From Candidatus Hodarchaeota archaeon (GTDB lineage Archaea > Asgardarchaeota > Lokiarchaeia > Sigyniarchaeales > SOKP01), in the NCBI GenBank assembly GCA_048886685.1, contig JBHLKM010000014.1, forward strand, positions 59,903 through 123,902: DNA of 64,000 nt. Reading direction: 5' to 3'. The notes beneath the pieces were generated by a model, which searched no databases, was not told where the DNA came from, and was given only the letters and a program-made list of their open reading frames with translations. Positions 9,961-19,869 of the stretch are shown one piece after another. Position numbers and translations under genes: made by a program. Position 1 is the stretch's first letter. Each line of letters opens with the position of its first letter.

Positions 9961-10959
9961 ATGGATATTGGAAATATTGAATCAGGGAATGCTATGGTGA
10001 AAGTTCTGACTACCAATGAAGTAAGCCTTACTATTTTACCCAAAATGAACCTAATAGATAAAGTTAAATATCCTGGTGCTGTTGCAATTAGAGCTAAAGG
10101 AGAACATGGTTTATCTATAATGATTAAAATTGTTGACAGAGAACAGCCTAAATACATTTTAATTGACACAGGAGGTCCAGCTGGAACTATTATAGAGAAC
10201 TGTAAACTGTTTAATATTAATTTGAGTGAAGTTGATAAAATGGTATTAACTCATGGGCATTTCGATCATTTCGGTAGTCTACCAAATGTGATTCCTTTAT
10301 TAAAAGAAGGTTGTGAATTTTACTTGAGTCCTCTCTGTTATGAACAATTCTTTATAGCTGTAAAAAAAACAGGAGAAATTGTTCCTGCTGATAAGTTAGC
10401 GATAGCGTTGAAAGAAGAAAAAGATACATTTGCCATGAGTAGAAAATTACCACCATTAAATAAAAACATGATTACTAATTTAGCAGATAAATATGGAGTA
10501 AAATTAATTGAAACTAATGAACCTATTAAGTTATATGATGGGATAATTACTAGTGGAGAAATTGAGTTGATTGATGAAAGTGAATTGACACCAGGTGTGT
10601 ATATAATGAAAAGTCAAAAGGAATTTAAAGAACATAGCTTTAGAGATGAAATCTCGGTTTATATAAACATTAAGGATAAGGGCTTAGTGATTCTTACTGG
10701 ATGTGGTCATTGTGGTATAGTAAATATTATTAAACATGCTCAAAAAATAACAGGAATCGACAAAATCTATGCTGTAATAGGAGGATTTCATGAAGAATGG
10801 AATTCAGAGGAGAAAATTGAGAAAAAAGTTGATTACATTGAACGATTAAGTCCAAGTATTGTTAGCGGAATGCATTGTACTGGCTTCAATTTTAATAAAG
10901 TAATGGCTCGTCATCCCTCTCACACAATAGGAGTAACAGGGACAGAATTTCATTTGTAA
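9961..10959 (+). CDS. MBL-fold metallo-hydrolase (archaeal dihydropteroate synthase-like subfamily)
   Basis: EHGLS, LIDTG, THGHFDHFG, GCGHCG, GGFH, HCTG. Confidence 0.9.
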   Translation: MDIGNIESGNAMVKVLTTNEVSLTILPKMNLIDKVKYPGAVAIRAKGEHGLSIMIKIVDREQPKYILIDTGGPAGTIIENCKLFNINLSEVDKMVLTHGHFDHFGSLPNVIPLLKEGCEFYLSPLCYEQFFIAVKKTGEIVPADKLAIALKEEKDTFAMSRKLPPLNKNMITNLADKYGVKLIETNEPIKLYDGIITSGEIELIDESELTPGVYIMKSQKEFKEHSFRDEISVYINIKDKGLVILTGCGHCGIVNIIKHAQKITGIDKIYAVIGGFHEEWNSEEKIEKKVDYIERLSPSIVSGMHCTGFNFNKVMARHPSHTIGVTGTEFHL

Positions 10960-11014
10960 AATTTAAATAAGAATTTAAGAAAAAAAATTAATATTATTTA
11001 CTATATTCTTTTTT

Positions 11015-11797
11015 TTAATCTCTAAAACCATAATATACGTTTATAAGGAGCAACAAAATACCCCGTAAGGTTAATTCAATCCCATATTGAGTTAAAGATA
11101 TTATTTGATAATCAATATCAAATGTGTAGAAAAATAACGCTGTAGTAATAGTAATTAACATAATTATAGATATTAGGCTTTTTCCTGTACTTTTCCACCA
11201 ACTTGGTTCTTTATGCATTAAATTTTCAATAATCTCAACATCGCTAAGAGAAGCATCCATACCAGCAATTTGTTCTCTCAGATTTTTTTTTTCTCTGGCT
11301 TTAGCAATGGATCTAAATAAAGCACCTATCATAAAAAGACCAACTATTAGTAAGATATCGGCAAGAGTATTTGTTATTTGAAAAGTAATATCTGGCAACA
11401 CAAATATTAAAACTTGAATAATCACAAGCATTACAACTAATAAAATTCTTACTGTATACTTCGGTAAATATAGTGGCTTTTTTTCCTTTTTCAAATCTAT
11501 GGTTTTTAAATCTGTAGATTTTAGCTCATCGATAATTTTTTTAATATTTTCTTCAGAACTCTTCCTTGCTTCAAAGTAAAAAGCTATTACAATAAATATT
11601 GCATTAATAATCAATGGTGGGATAGGTTCGCCAGTTAGTAAATATCCAAAAGGAAAAGACACAATCATGAGAGTAATCAATGCACGAACAGTACCACGTG
11701 GCATTCCAAGAGGTTCGCCCTCAATTTTTCCATCTTGGGAAAACCTGTTTAGTAAAATCCAAAATAATATAATTCCACCTAAAATCCATGAAATCAT
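11015..11797 (-). CDS. hypothetical membrane protein with internal duplication
   Basis: Multiple TM segments; repeated PLxxPxxTVR motif. Confidence 0.8.
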   Translation of the reverse strand: MISWILGGIILFWILLNRFSQDGKIEGEPLGMPRGTVRALITLMIVSFPFGYLLTGEPIPPLIINAIFIVIAFYFEARKSSEENIKKIIDELKSTDLKTIDLKKEKKPLYLPKYTVRILLVVMLVIIQVLIFVLPDITFQITNTLADILLIVGLFMIGALFRSIAKAREKKNLREQIAGMDASLSDVEIIENLMHKEPSWWKSTGKSLISIIMLITITTALFFYTFDIDYQIISLTQYGIELTLRGILLLLINVYYGFRD

Positions 11798-11976
11798 AAT
11801 AAGTAAACCTAAAAAATCTAAATATAAATAAATTTGCTATATTTAATATATATCTCTTGTTTCTAAACATTCGATTTCAAGTATTTTACTTATTTAAAGT
11901 GGGAGGAAATAGTTTCGATATTTAAATTATTTCACCTATGAATATGTCTCATAAAATCCTTTCAAGAAGATTAGAA

Positions 11977-13776
11977 TTATGTTGGAATGATTATTTTTGA
12001 ATCTAAATCACCAAATTTACCATCTATTATTTTTTTATATGCTGATTTAGTGAAAGAGACGTAATTCTTTGATCCAGAATCCCAAAGCAACATATCTTCT
12101 TTAATCATATCAATATCATACGCTTCACGCTTAAGAGTAATTTTCTTTATTTTATATGGTCCTGTGATTTCAAGTTCATCACAGAATCGAATAAAGATGG
12201 GAATCGAGTATCCAGGTAAGACCTCACGGACAAATTGAGAAAACTTATTTATCTCAAATTTAATTGATGAATTTAACTTAATTGCAGCCATACCTGCTTT
12301 ACCCTCGGTATTTGGGATTGCAACGCCGTAGACTGCTGACATTTGAATAGCGGGAAAAGAGTTTAAAATTGATTCTACTTCTGTTGTAGATACATTTTCT
12401 GATTTCCATCGAAATGTATCGCCAAATCTATCAGCAAAGGAGACCCAGAGATCATCATGAAGTTTTAGCATATCTCCCGTATTGAAATAGCTATCATTCT
12501 TTCTAAAAACATCATGCAAAATTTTTTTCTGAGTTTTTTCTTTATCTTTATACCCAGTAAAGAAGCTCCGTTTTTCTAATTTGAACATAGCCATTCCAAT
12601 ATCGCCAGCTTTACATTTAATGCAATATCCCCTCTCATTTCTGAAGAATTCACCTGTTTCAGGATCAACCTTCGCTAAAGCGAGCCCTGCCATTGAATGT
12701 CGTCCTACCATTCCGGGTATTTCGTCAGCATTGAAAAGAGTTCTATGACCTTCAGTCAAACCATAAAATTCATAAATATGATCAATTTTAAATCGTTCCT
12801 TAAATTGCTCCCAAATTTCTTTTCGAAGACCTATACCAACCATTTTTTTTAGCGTATGGTTTTTTTCAAGTTCTGAAGGAGGTTGATTAAGAAGATATCT
12901 CGGAATTTCTCCTACGTATATCATAAATGTAATTTTATATTTATGAATATCTTTCCAAAATTCAGAAGCAGAAAATCTTGTTCTTAAAACAGCAGTTGCT
13001 CCTAAAAGAAGAGTTATCGGCCAAGTGACCCCTATTGCAAAATTATGGTAGAGTGGAGTATTGATATAAATAACATCCTCTGGCGTTAAATTGGCAAGAG
13101 CAGGTCCTAAAATATATCCTTGAGTGAAAATTTTGAAATTCTGCATTATTACTGCCTTAGGAAGTCCTGTTGTTCCCGAAGTAAATATATATAATGCAGT
13201 TTCACGTAAAATTGAATTATTTGAAGTAGGGGGATTAAACCTTGAAATTGATGAGAGCTTGTCTGATAAATCCACATAATCGTGCTTAATATTCTTAGGG
13301 TTGTTAATAATAAAAATATTTTCGTTCTTATAAGGTAAATTACTAGCAATTTCGTTGAAAAAAGGTAAATTTTTTCCATCTAAAATGACGAATTTTGAAT
13401 CTACGATAGTAAAAGAATGCTTGAGTGCCTGTCTTCTCTGATTAAAATTTATTAAAGCACTAATCCCTTGAATCTTGTTTATTCCTATTGTAGAAAAGAG
13501 ATATTCTGGACAATTTTCTAACATAAGTGCTACAGTTTCACCTGGATTCAAACCTAAATCCAGGAAAAAATTGGAATATCGGTTGCTTTCTTCATTAAGC
13601 GTTTGCCAAGTCCAAGAGTCATCTTTATAATGGAGAGCTATATGATTTGGTTTTTCTTTTGCTAGATTTTCAGCAAGAGTCCCTAATCCTTGATTTGGAT
13701 TTTGTTGTACACTTAGCATACCTTGTCCGAATCTCTCGTAAACCTCTGCTTCTTTTTCAGTATAGTTTGGAGACAT
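11977..13776 (-). CDS. long-chain acyl-CoA synthetase, FATP/SLC27 type
   Basis: YIFTSGTTGLPKA, RFSASEFWKD, YVGEIPRYL, DRFGDTFRWKSENVSTTEVE. Confidence 0.93.
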   Translation of the reverse strand: MSPNYTEKEAEVYERFGQGMLSVQQNPNQGLGTLAENLAKEKPNHIALHYKDDSWTWQTLNEESNRYSNFFLDLGLNPGETVALMLENCPEYLFSTIGINKIQGISALINFNQRRQALKHSFTIVDSKFVILDGKNLPFFNEIASNLPYKNENIFIINNPKNIKHDYVDLSDKLSSISRFNPPTSNNSILRETALYIFTSGTTGLPKAVIMQNFKIFTQGYILGPALANLTPEDVIYINTPLYHNFAIGVTWPITLLLGATAVLRTRFSASEFWKDIHKYKITFMIYVGEIPRYLLNQPPSELEKNHTLKKMVGIGLRKEIWEQFKERFKIDHIYEFYGLTEGHRTLFNADEIPGMVGRHSMAGLALAKVDPETGEFFRNERGYCIKCKAGDIGMAMFKLEKRSFFTGYKDKEKTQKKILHDVFRKNDSYFNTGDMLKLHDDLWVSFADRFGDTFRWKSENVSTTEVESILNSFPAIQMSAVYGVAIPNTEGKAGMAAIKLNSSIKFEINKFSQFVREVLPGYSIPIFIRFCDELEITGPYKIKKITLKREAYDIDMIKEDMLLWDSGSKNYVSFTKSAYKKIIDGKFGDLDSKIIIPT

Positions 13777-13967
13777 ATAATTTCCTTACTATAATCTTAC
13801 CAATAAATTTTGGTTAAATTTTTTGAATTAAATTCATATATCTCATTTCAGTATTTATATTTTTTTGTATAAGACCAATCTTACAAGAAATATTTCCCGA
13901 GAAATTCAATAGCATAATAAATTTTAACCATATACGATTAGAAAGGGATAATATCTTCTTAAAATGC

Positions 13968-14858
13968 TCAGATCAGTGCCGCCATATCTTTCACATTTTG
14001 AGCGATTCTCATGATACTTTTAATTTTCTCTTTATCTTCATAATCCAAGTTACTCAATAACTTATTTGCTTTATCGAATAGTACATCTTTTTTTATCCAC
14101 ACAATAAATGCTAATTTATCGTCTTTCTGTAAAAATGCATTCATGACTTCATTAAAATATTGTTGGGTTTCTTTATAAAGATCTAATACCTTCCCATTCA
14201 AACGAAGCTCTTTCAATATTTCCCCAATTTCCTCTATTTTTTCACAGAACATACGATAATCCATTGCTTCAAGAGGTGTAAATTCACTGGTTGACGATAT
14301 ATAAATTCCTGTTCTGAGATAAGTTCTAATGTGAATGACTAATATAAAATAGAAGTTTCGTAATTGCTCGAAATTATCGTTTAAATCCTCAAATGATTTG
14401 TTTTCTAAATCCTCGAACATATTTACAACTAGATATAACAATCGTTGGATCAGTTTTTTAGTGGGGATCTCTTTGTACCCAAAATTTTGAACGATTATTT
14501 TTTGTTCAGTTTCCTCGATAATTTCTGTGTTTGGGAGTCTATTGACATATCTTCTAATAAATTTCCTTAAGCTTTTATTTATTTCCCTTTCTGAAATTAT
14601 GGTTATCTTTCTTTCTCCTGCCAAACTTTTCTTTAGTAGTTCCCAGATAACGTATTGATCAGCTTCTAATATGATTTCATCTTGTATAACTTCACCTACT
14701 TCTTGCATTTTTGGCATAACTAATAATGTGCCATCATTTCGAATTTCCATACCGATTGATTCACCAGCATCTAATTCATAATTCTCTGTCCATTTTTTCG
14801 GCAGGCTTACTACTAACGAACCCCCTATTTTCTGTATTTTTCGATAAAATCTTTCCAT
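13968..14858 (-). CDS. AbrB-PhoU phosphate uptake regulator
   Basis: N-terminal RKIQKIGGSLVVSLPKKW (AbrB-type domain) plus PhoU-like helical domains. Confidence 0.85.
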   Translation of the reverse strand: MERFYRKIQKIGGSLVVSLPKKWTENYELDAGESIGMEIRNDGTLLVMPKMQEVGEVIQDEIILEADQYVIWELLKKSLAGERKITIISEREINKSLRKFIRRYVNRLPNTEIIEETEQKIIVQNFGYKEIPTKKLIQRLLYLVVNMFEDLENKSFEDLNDNFEQLRNFYFILVIHIRTYLRTGIYISSTSEFTPLEAMDYRMFCEKIEEIGEILKELRLNGKVLDLYKETQQYFNEVMNAFLQKDDKLAFIVWIKKDVLFDKANKLLSNLDYEDKEKIKSIMRIAQNVKDMAALI

Positions 14859-14990
14859 AATCAATATATAAGATGAATTAATATTATTTATACTTTTTTA
14901 TTGTGTATATATATTTTATACCATAGATTTATACGGGAATTTATACATCTTCATATTAGAAAAAAAAGAGAAAAAATGTGATTAAAAAAA

Positions 14991-15131
14991 ATGTCATTAT
15001 TTAATATATTTCGACCGGAAAAGGGTAAAAAGAAGTTAGAAGAGCTCAAAGTAACGCTCCAAATTAATCCAGAATATTATAAGGAGCTAAAAATGCTTAG
15101 ATTAAAGAGAGACGCTAACCCATATTTCTAA
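14991..15131 (+). CDS. 46-aa basic microprotein, copy 1
   Basis: MSLFNIFRPEKGKKKLEELKVTLQINPEYYKELKMLRLKRDANPYF; paralog at 16270..16410 with many synonymous differences. Confidence 0.8.
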   Translation: MSLFNIFRPEKGKKKLEELKVTLQINPEYYKELKMLRLKRDANPYF

Positions 15132-15172
15132 AATATTTTTTCCTACTATTTTTAATTTCCTTGTTTAAAACA
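14991..15172 (+). repeat. direct repeat copy 1 (microprotein gene plus T-rich 3' flank)
   Basis: Aligns to 16270..16453. Confidence 0.85.
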
Positions 15173-15173
15173 G

Positions 15174-15836
15174 TTATAAAATTATTTCCATTTCATATCT
15201 CCTTTCTTCAATGATTTCAGGAAGCGATTCAAAATTGTTTAAACTCAAATCTAAATATTGTAGAGATTTTAGCTTTGCGAAGGAATCTGGAAGGGAAGAC
15301 AGTTGGTTGCTTCTTAATATTAATTCTTGAAGCGATGTAAGGTTCCCTATAGATTCGGGCAATTCTGTTAATTTGTTTCCATTTAAATTAAGATATTTAA
15401 GATTTTTATAATCACCGATGAAATCTGGAAGCCTGATTAATTTCGCGTCTACTATAAAAAGAGCTTCAAGCAATCGTAATTCTTTAAAAGAGTCTGGTAC
15501 TGTTTTTAAGGCGTGGTATAGATGAAAATTTAAATAGAGCTTTTTTAAAAACTTAAAATTAGCGATAATCTCTGGAAATGATACTAAATCACATGTTCTG
15601 CATTCAACATCAAACTTTATGCATTCCTCGCATACAGAAGGGTCCGTTAGTCCGATCAAATCGACATGGTGAGATTTAACGGTGAATAACTGAGGATAAT
15701 AACACCACCCATCACATAAAGAGAATTTCTCAACTAACGAGATACCATCGTCATAGTTCCTTTCTAACTTTTTTAGAGCTCGTACTTCCTCTTCAACAAT
15801 ATCTGCTCCTTGAAATTTTGCCACCGAATAAGTCAT
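15174..15836 (-). CDS. leucine-rich repeat protein
   Basis: LxxLxLxxNxLxxLPxxIGxL repeats; Cys-rich N-terminal region. Confidence 0.93.
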   Translation of the reverse strand: MTYSVAKFQGADIVEEEVRALKKLERNYDDGISLVEKFSLCDGWCYYPQLFTVKSHHVDLIGLTDPSVCEECIKFDVECRTCDLVSFPEIIANFKFLKKLYLNFHLYHALKTVPDSFKELRLLEALFIVDAKLIRLPDFIGDYKNLKYLNLNGNKLTELPESIGNLTSLQELILRSNQLSSLPDSFAKLKSLQYLDLSLNNFESLPEIIEERRYEMEIIL

Positions 15837-16028
15837 TTTTGTTCACAAGGTTTTTCGTTCACAAGGATTTTTGATGTTATTTTGTTATACATAGAAAATA
15901 ACCTATATAAATTTAAAGACTATTAGCGAACAGTGATTCGTGAAATTATGGAAATTAACATTTGTGAAAAACTAATACTATAATTCAAGAAAAAAGATTG
16001 AAAAAAAAAATTGATAATAGATAGAACG

Positions 16029-16049
16029 GATCATATAATTTATATGATC
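16029..16049. promoter_or_regulatory. perfect 10-bp inverted repeat, candidate operator
   Basis: GATCATATAA-T-TTATATGATC in the divergent intergenic region. Confidence 0.4.
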
Positions 16050-16269
16050 TGGCACCCACTTTATTATTAGAATATATGATATTTTAATTTTGATCCTATA
16101 TTATAAATATATTTAATTGATATTCTCATATTGTAAAAAGAATATATATGAAAATGATCATTCAGATTTTCATATTAGTACTAATTCCTGATCATTATTC
16201 GATATATATTTATACATGATTTTATATTTATGTAACGTAGATAAAAAATAGAAGAAGTGATAAAATAAG

Positions 16270-16410
16270 ATGATATTATTCGATTTTTTTAGGCCAGAAA
16301 GAAATAAAAAGAAGTTAGAAGAACTCAAAAAAACGCTTCAAATTAATCCGGAATATTATAAGGAACTAAAAACACTTAAATTAAAAAGAGATGCTAATCC
16401 ATATATGTAA
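16270..16410 (+). CDS. 46-aa basic microprotein, copy 2
   Basis: MILFDFFRPERNKKKLEELKKTLQINPEYYKELKTLKLKRDANPYM; 37/46 identical to copy 1. Confidence 0.8.
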   Translation: MILFDFFRPERNKKKLEELKKTLQINPEYYKELKTLKLKRDANPYM

Positions 16411-16453
16411 AATATTTTTTTTCTTACTATTTTTGATTTACTATTTTAAAACA
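16270..16453 (+). repeat. direct repeat copy 2
   Basis: Aligns to 14991..15172. Confidence 0.85.
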
Positions 16454-16522
16454 TAACTATGATTATTTTGAAAATAGTCTCGATATTCAAAATTACAGAA
16501 TAAAATAGAAAATAAAAAAACT

Positions 16523-17818
16523 TTAAAGTTTCTCAAAAATATGTATACACATTGCTGCTTCTCCAGGGCCCAAATTGCCTCCTCCATTATGAGCAAGAGC
16601 TATTTTAGCGTCTTTAACTTGCCTTTCTCCAGCTTCTCCACGCAATTGTGCTACCAATTCATACATCTGTGCAACACCGGAAGCACCTATAGGATGTCCA
16701 CGAGCTAACAACCCCCCGCTAGGATTAACAGCCACTTTTCCATCGAGTTGAGTAGCCCCACTTTCTGCAAATGGACCACCTTGCCCTTCAGGGCAGAAAC
16801 CTAACCCTTCAGTAATATGAAGTTCTGCATAAGCAGTTGCATCATGAACCTCTGCTACGTCAATATCTTCTGGATCAAGACCAGCTGTTTTATAAGCAAT
16901 ATCAGATGCGATTTTTATTCCGTTAAATGGTTGACGTGAGCCAGATCGTAAGACTGAAGCCCGTACTAAAATTGCTCTATCTCTAAGACTTGGATTGTCA
17001 TTTAAAAATTCCTCAGAACAAACTATTGCAGCTGCTGAACCATCTCCAGTAGGAGCACACATGGCTCTTGTTAGAGGATATGCCACAACATAATCTTCCA
17101 TAACCTGTTCAACGGTTTGAGGGAATGTATACTGAGCTAATGGATTCATCGTAGAATTATTATGATTTTTTGCTGCAATAACAGCAATTTGACGTTGAGT
17201 AGTTCCGTACCTCTTCATGTGAGCTCGAGCACCCATTGCATAGAAATCCATAAAAATTGAATGATCTTTCTTTTTTGGCTTTTCTCCTCCCTCCTTCGTA
17301 TCTTTTGCTTTCTCCTTAGCTGCTTGTTTGTTTCCCTCTTCAATTTGTTTTTTCAACTGACCAATCATTTTAAGAGTGTCCTCAACATCGGTCCCTGCGA
17401 TAAATCCGGACATTGCACCCATTCCCGGTATCCCGCCGGATCTCACAACAGGAGGTTTGTCAAAATACATTTTTTCTGTTCCCACCGCTAAAGCAACGTT
17501 ATAAACACCTGCTTTAACTGACAACCAAGCATTATGAAATGCACTACTTCCACCTGCGCATGCATTTTCTACATTCGTAATGGGTATTTTATCAATACCA
17601 TGGGTACTTAGTGCAACTTGCCCTCGAATACAATGCTGATATTCTGACTGACCCCAACCCGAATTACTAAACCAGGCTGCTTCTAAATCACCTTTACTCA
17701 AACCACAATCCTTTAGGGCATCCTCAACAGATTCACCAGTCATACTTTTCATAGTCCTTCCTGGAAGCTTCGCAAACCGAATCATCCCTACACCTATAAT
17801 ATAAACATTTTCGCTCAT
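16523..17818 (-). CDS. thiolase, SCP2/lipid-transfer type
   Basis: NVENACAGGSSA, EVHDA, NPSGGLLARGHPIGASG, HNGGG. Confidence 0.93.
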   Translation of the reverse strand: MSENVYIIGVGMIRFAKLPGRTMKSMTGESVEDALKDCGLSKGDLEAAWFSNSGWGQSEYQHCIRGQVALSTHGIDKIPITNVENACAGGSSAFHNAWLSVKAGVYNVALAVGTEKMYFDKPPVVRSGGIPGMGAMSGFIAGTDVEDTLKMIGQLKKQIEEGNKQAAKEKAKDTKEGGEKPKKKDHSIFMDFYAMGARAHMKRYGTTQRQIAVIAAKNHNNSTMNPLAQYTFPQTVEQVMEDYVVAYPLTRAMCAPTGDGSAAAIVCSEEFLNDNPSLRDRAILVRASVLRSGSRQPFNGIKIASDIAYKTAGLDPEDIDVAEVHDATAYAELHITEGLGFCPEGQGGPFAESGATQLDGKVAVNPSGGLLARGHPIGASGVAQMYELVAQLRGEAGERQVKDAKIALAHNGGGNLGPGEAAMCIHIFEKL

Positions 17819-18088
17819 GTAGTAGTTTCACTTTTTACAGTACTTTGTCTACCAAAATTAACGAGAAAATAAGAATCTTCTCTTTAAATAACTTAAGGAT
17901 GTTTGTAAAATTGAAAATAAATAATTATGAATCCATTTAAATTCGTACTCAACTCTGTTTAACAATTCTATATTAGAATATAATCTACTTACTCTTTAAA
18001 ATTCAACAAATTCATAAATTGTAATGCTCTTTATTACAAAATATAATAGAATATTATAAATTTAATTGCAGGTAAGCTTCAGATTTTT

Positions 18089-19063
18089 ATGTATGGAGAA
18101 TTAATGGCAATTCTCACTGTCTTGTCTTTTGCACTTTCATTTGTATTAGCGAGACGGATAGAAAAGCATTTTACTCCAATTTTTCAAAATACTGTACGTT
18201 CATTAGTAGGTTTAATCACCTTTTTTACAATATCCTTAGCATTTGGTATTTTAACAAGACTTTCTTTACTTCCCATAATAGTTAGTTTCATGTTAATGTT
18301 AAGTATTCTATTCAACGTAATTTTGGGAGATACTGCATATCTTCACAGTCAGAAAATTTTGGGACCTGCTAAAGCTCTTGCTATAGCAAATACAAATCCC
18401 TTTTTTACCTTCTTATTTGCAGCTATGTTTTTAAGTAGACCAATTACTAATCAAATGATTCTTTCGGGGATTTTAATCGGGATCGGAGTAATTATCCTAA
18501 ATAAAAGGAAGGAGAGCAATTTAAAAAGAGATATTGTAAATTCAACAACTCAACTCAGTCCATATGAAAGTGAGTTAAACAGAGAAATCTCAATAAGGGT
18601 TAGAAAAACAACAAAGGGACTGTTTTGGGCTCTTTTTGCATCTATTTCATGGGCAATTGGCTTGGCATTATCAGATTATTCTTTCAATCAAGCTAATAAG
18701 GAATTGGGATTAGGAATACTAAGCACGATGTTAGCAATGGTAATAAGGTTTTTGTTTGCTTCAGTATTATTAAGTAGCATCGCGTATATTGAGGGTCGAA
18801 ATAAATCGTCTAATAAGTTGCCGAGAAATCGAAGTATTTGGGGTATCTTGATTTTATCAGCTATATTTAGTTATTCATTAGGGAGTATTTTCTTTGGAGA
18901 AGCTGTTCATAGAGTTGGTGCATCATTCATGGCTTTAATCTCCACAGCGTTGCCTTTATTTACAATTCCTTTTTCCTATATTATTAATAAAGAAACATTA
19001 TCAAAAGAGGGTTATATAGGGGTTACAATTACCATTCTTGGAGTAGTATTGATAGTTCTTTAG
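18089..19063 (+). CDS. DMT/EamA family transporter
   Basis: About 10 TM helices in two EamA-like repeats. Confidence 0.88.
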   Translation: MYGELMAILTVLSFALSFVLARRIEKHFTPIFQNTVRSLVGLITFFTISLAFGILTRLSLLPIIVSFMLMLSILFNVILGDTAYLHSQKILGPAKALAIANTNPFFTFLFAAMFLSRPITNQMILSGILIGIGVIILNKRKESNLKRDIVNSTTQLSPYESELNREISIRVRKTTKGLFWALFASISWAIGLALSDYSFNQANKELGLGILSTMLAMVIRFLFASVLLSSIAYIEGRNKSSNKLPRNRSIWGILILSAIFSYSLGSIFFGEAVHRVGASFMALISTALPLFTIPFSYIINKETLSKEGYIGVTITILGVVLIVL

Positions 19064-19183
19064 GATTTTATCGATTTCCAATAATATCATTATTGCACGT
19101 TCTTTCAGAATAAAACCTAGAAATAGAAATATTAGAAATAGAAATGTAAAAAAAAATTTTAATATTTAATAAAAACTAATAAT

Positions 19184-19687
19184 TTAACAACATCCATCAT
19201 GGGCGTTGCTATGATCGTGTTCACATCCACAACCACATGCGGTAGGTGGATCGGGCTCGCAATCAGTTTCAATAATTTTAATTTTAAAATTTAGAACTTT
19301 ACCTGCCATCGGATGATTTAAATCGATAACTACCATATCCTCTTCAATTAACTTTATTGATGCGGGCATCTGACCTTGCGGGCCCATAACCATCAGCATT
19401 AAACCAGGTTGAAGATCAACTCCCTTAGGAAATTGAGCTTTTGGAACACTTTGAGTCATTCCTTCCTTGCGTTCACCATATGCTTCGGAGGGTTCAAGTC
19501 TGATGGAATACTCATCACCAAGGTTCTTATTTATTACCGAATTATCGAATCCATTAATAAGTTGCCCCGCTCCTACTTGGAATTTTAAGGGAGCACCTCC
19601 ATTCATTTGTGTGCTATCAAAAACAGTTCCATCATCAAAAGTCCCTTCGTATTCGACTTTTATCCATTCTCCTTTTTTTACAGCCAT
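19184..19687 (-). CDS. slyD: FKBP-type peptidyl-prolyl isomerase, SlyD-like
   Basis: YEGTFDDGTVFDST, DLNHPMAGKVLNF, Cys/His-rich tail CGCGCEHDHSNAHDGCC. Confidence 0.93.
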   Translation of the reverse strand: MAVKKGEWIKVEYEGTFDDGTVFDSTQMNGGAPLKFQVGAGQLINGFDNSVINKNLGDEYSIRLEPSEAYGERKEGMTQSVPKAQFPKGVDLQPGLMLMVMGPQGQMPASIKLIEEDMVVIDLNHPMAGKVLNFKIKIIETDCEPDPPTACGCGCEHDHSNAHDGCC

Positions 19688-19869
19688 CTTTATCAAATTT
19701 TAACTTTATTATAAAAATAATAAATTCATGACTTATGAGTTAATTGATTATAATTTAGTAATTGTTATGACACAGAATTACTAAATATTTAAAACAAATC
19801 AGGAATATTAGAACCTTATAATTATATAGAGTTTACTATTATAATTTCTAAAAAAGGGATGCATTTTCA

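Noticed and set aside
14991-16453. Composite transposon or CRISPR array
   Set aside because: Only two diverged, protein-coding copies; no transposase, terminal inverted repeats or spacer structure.
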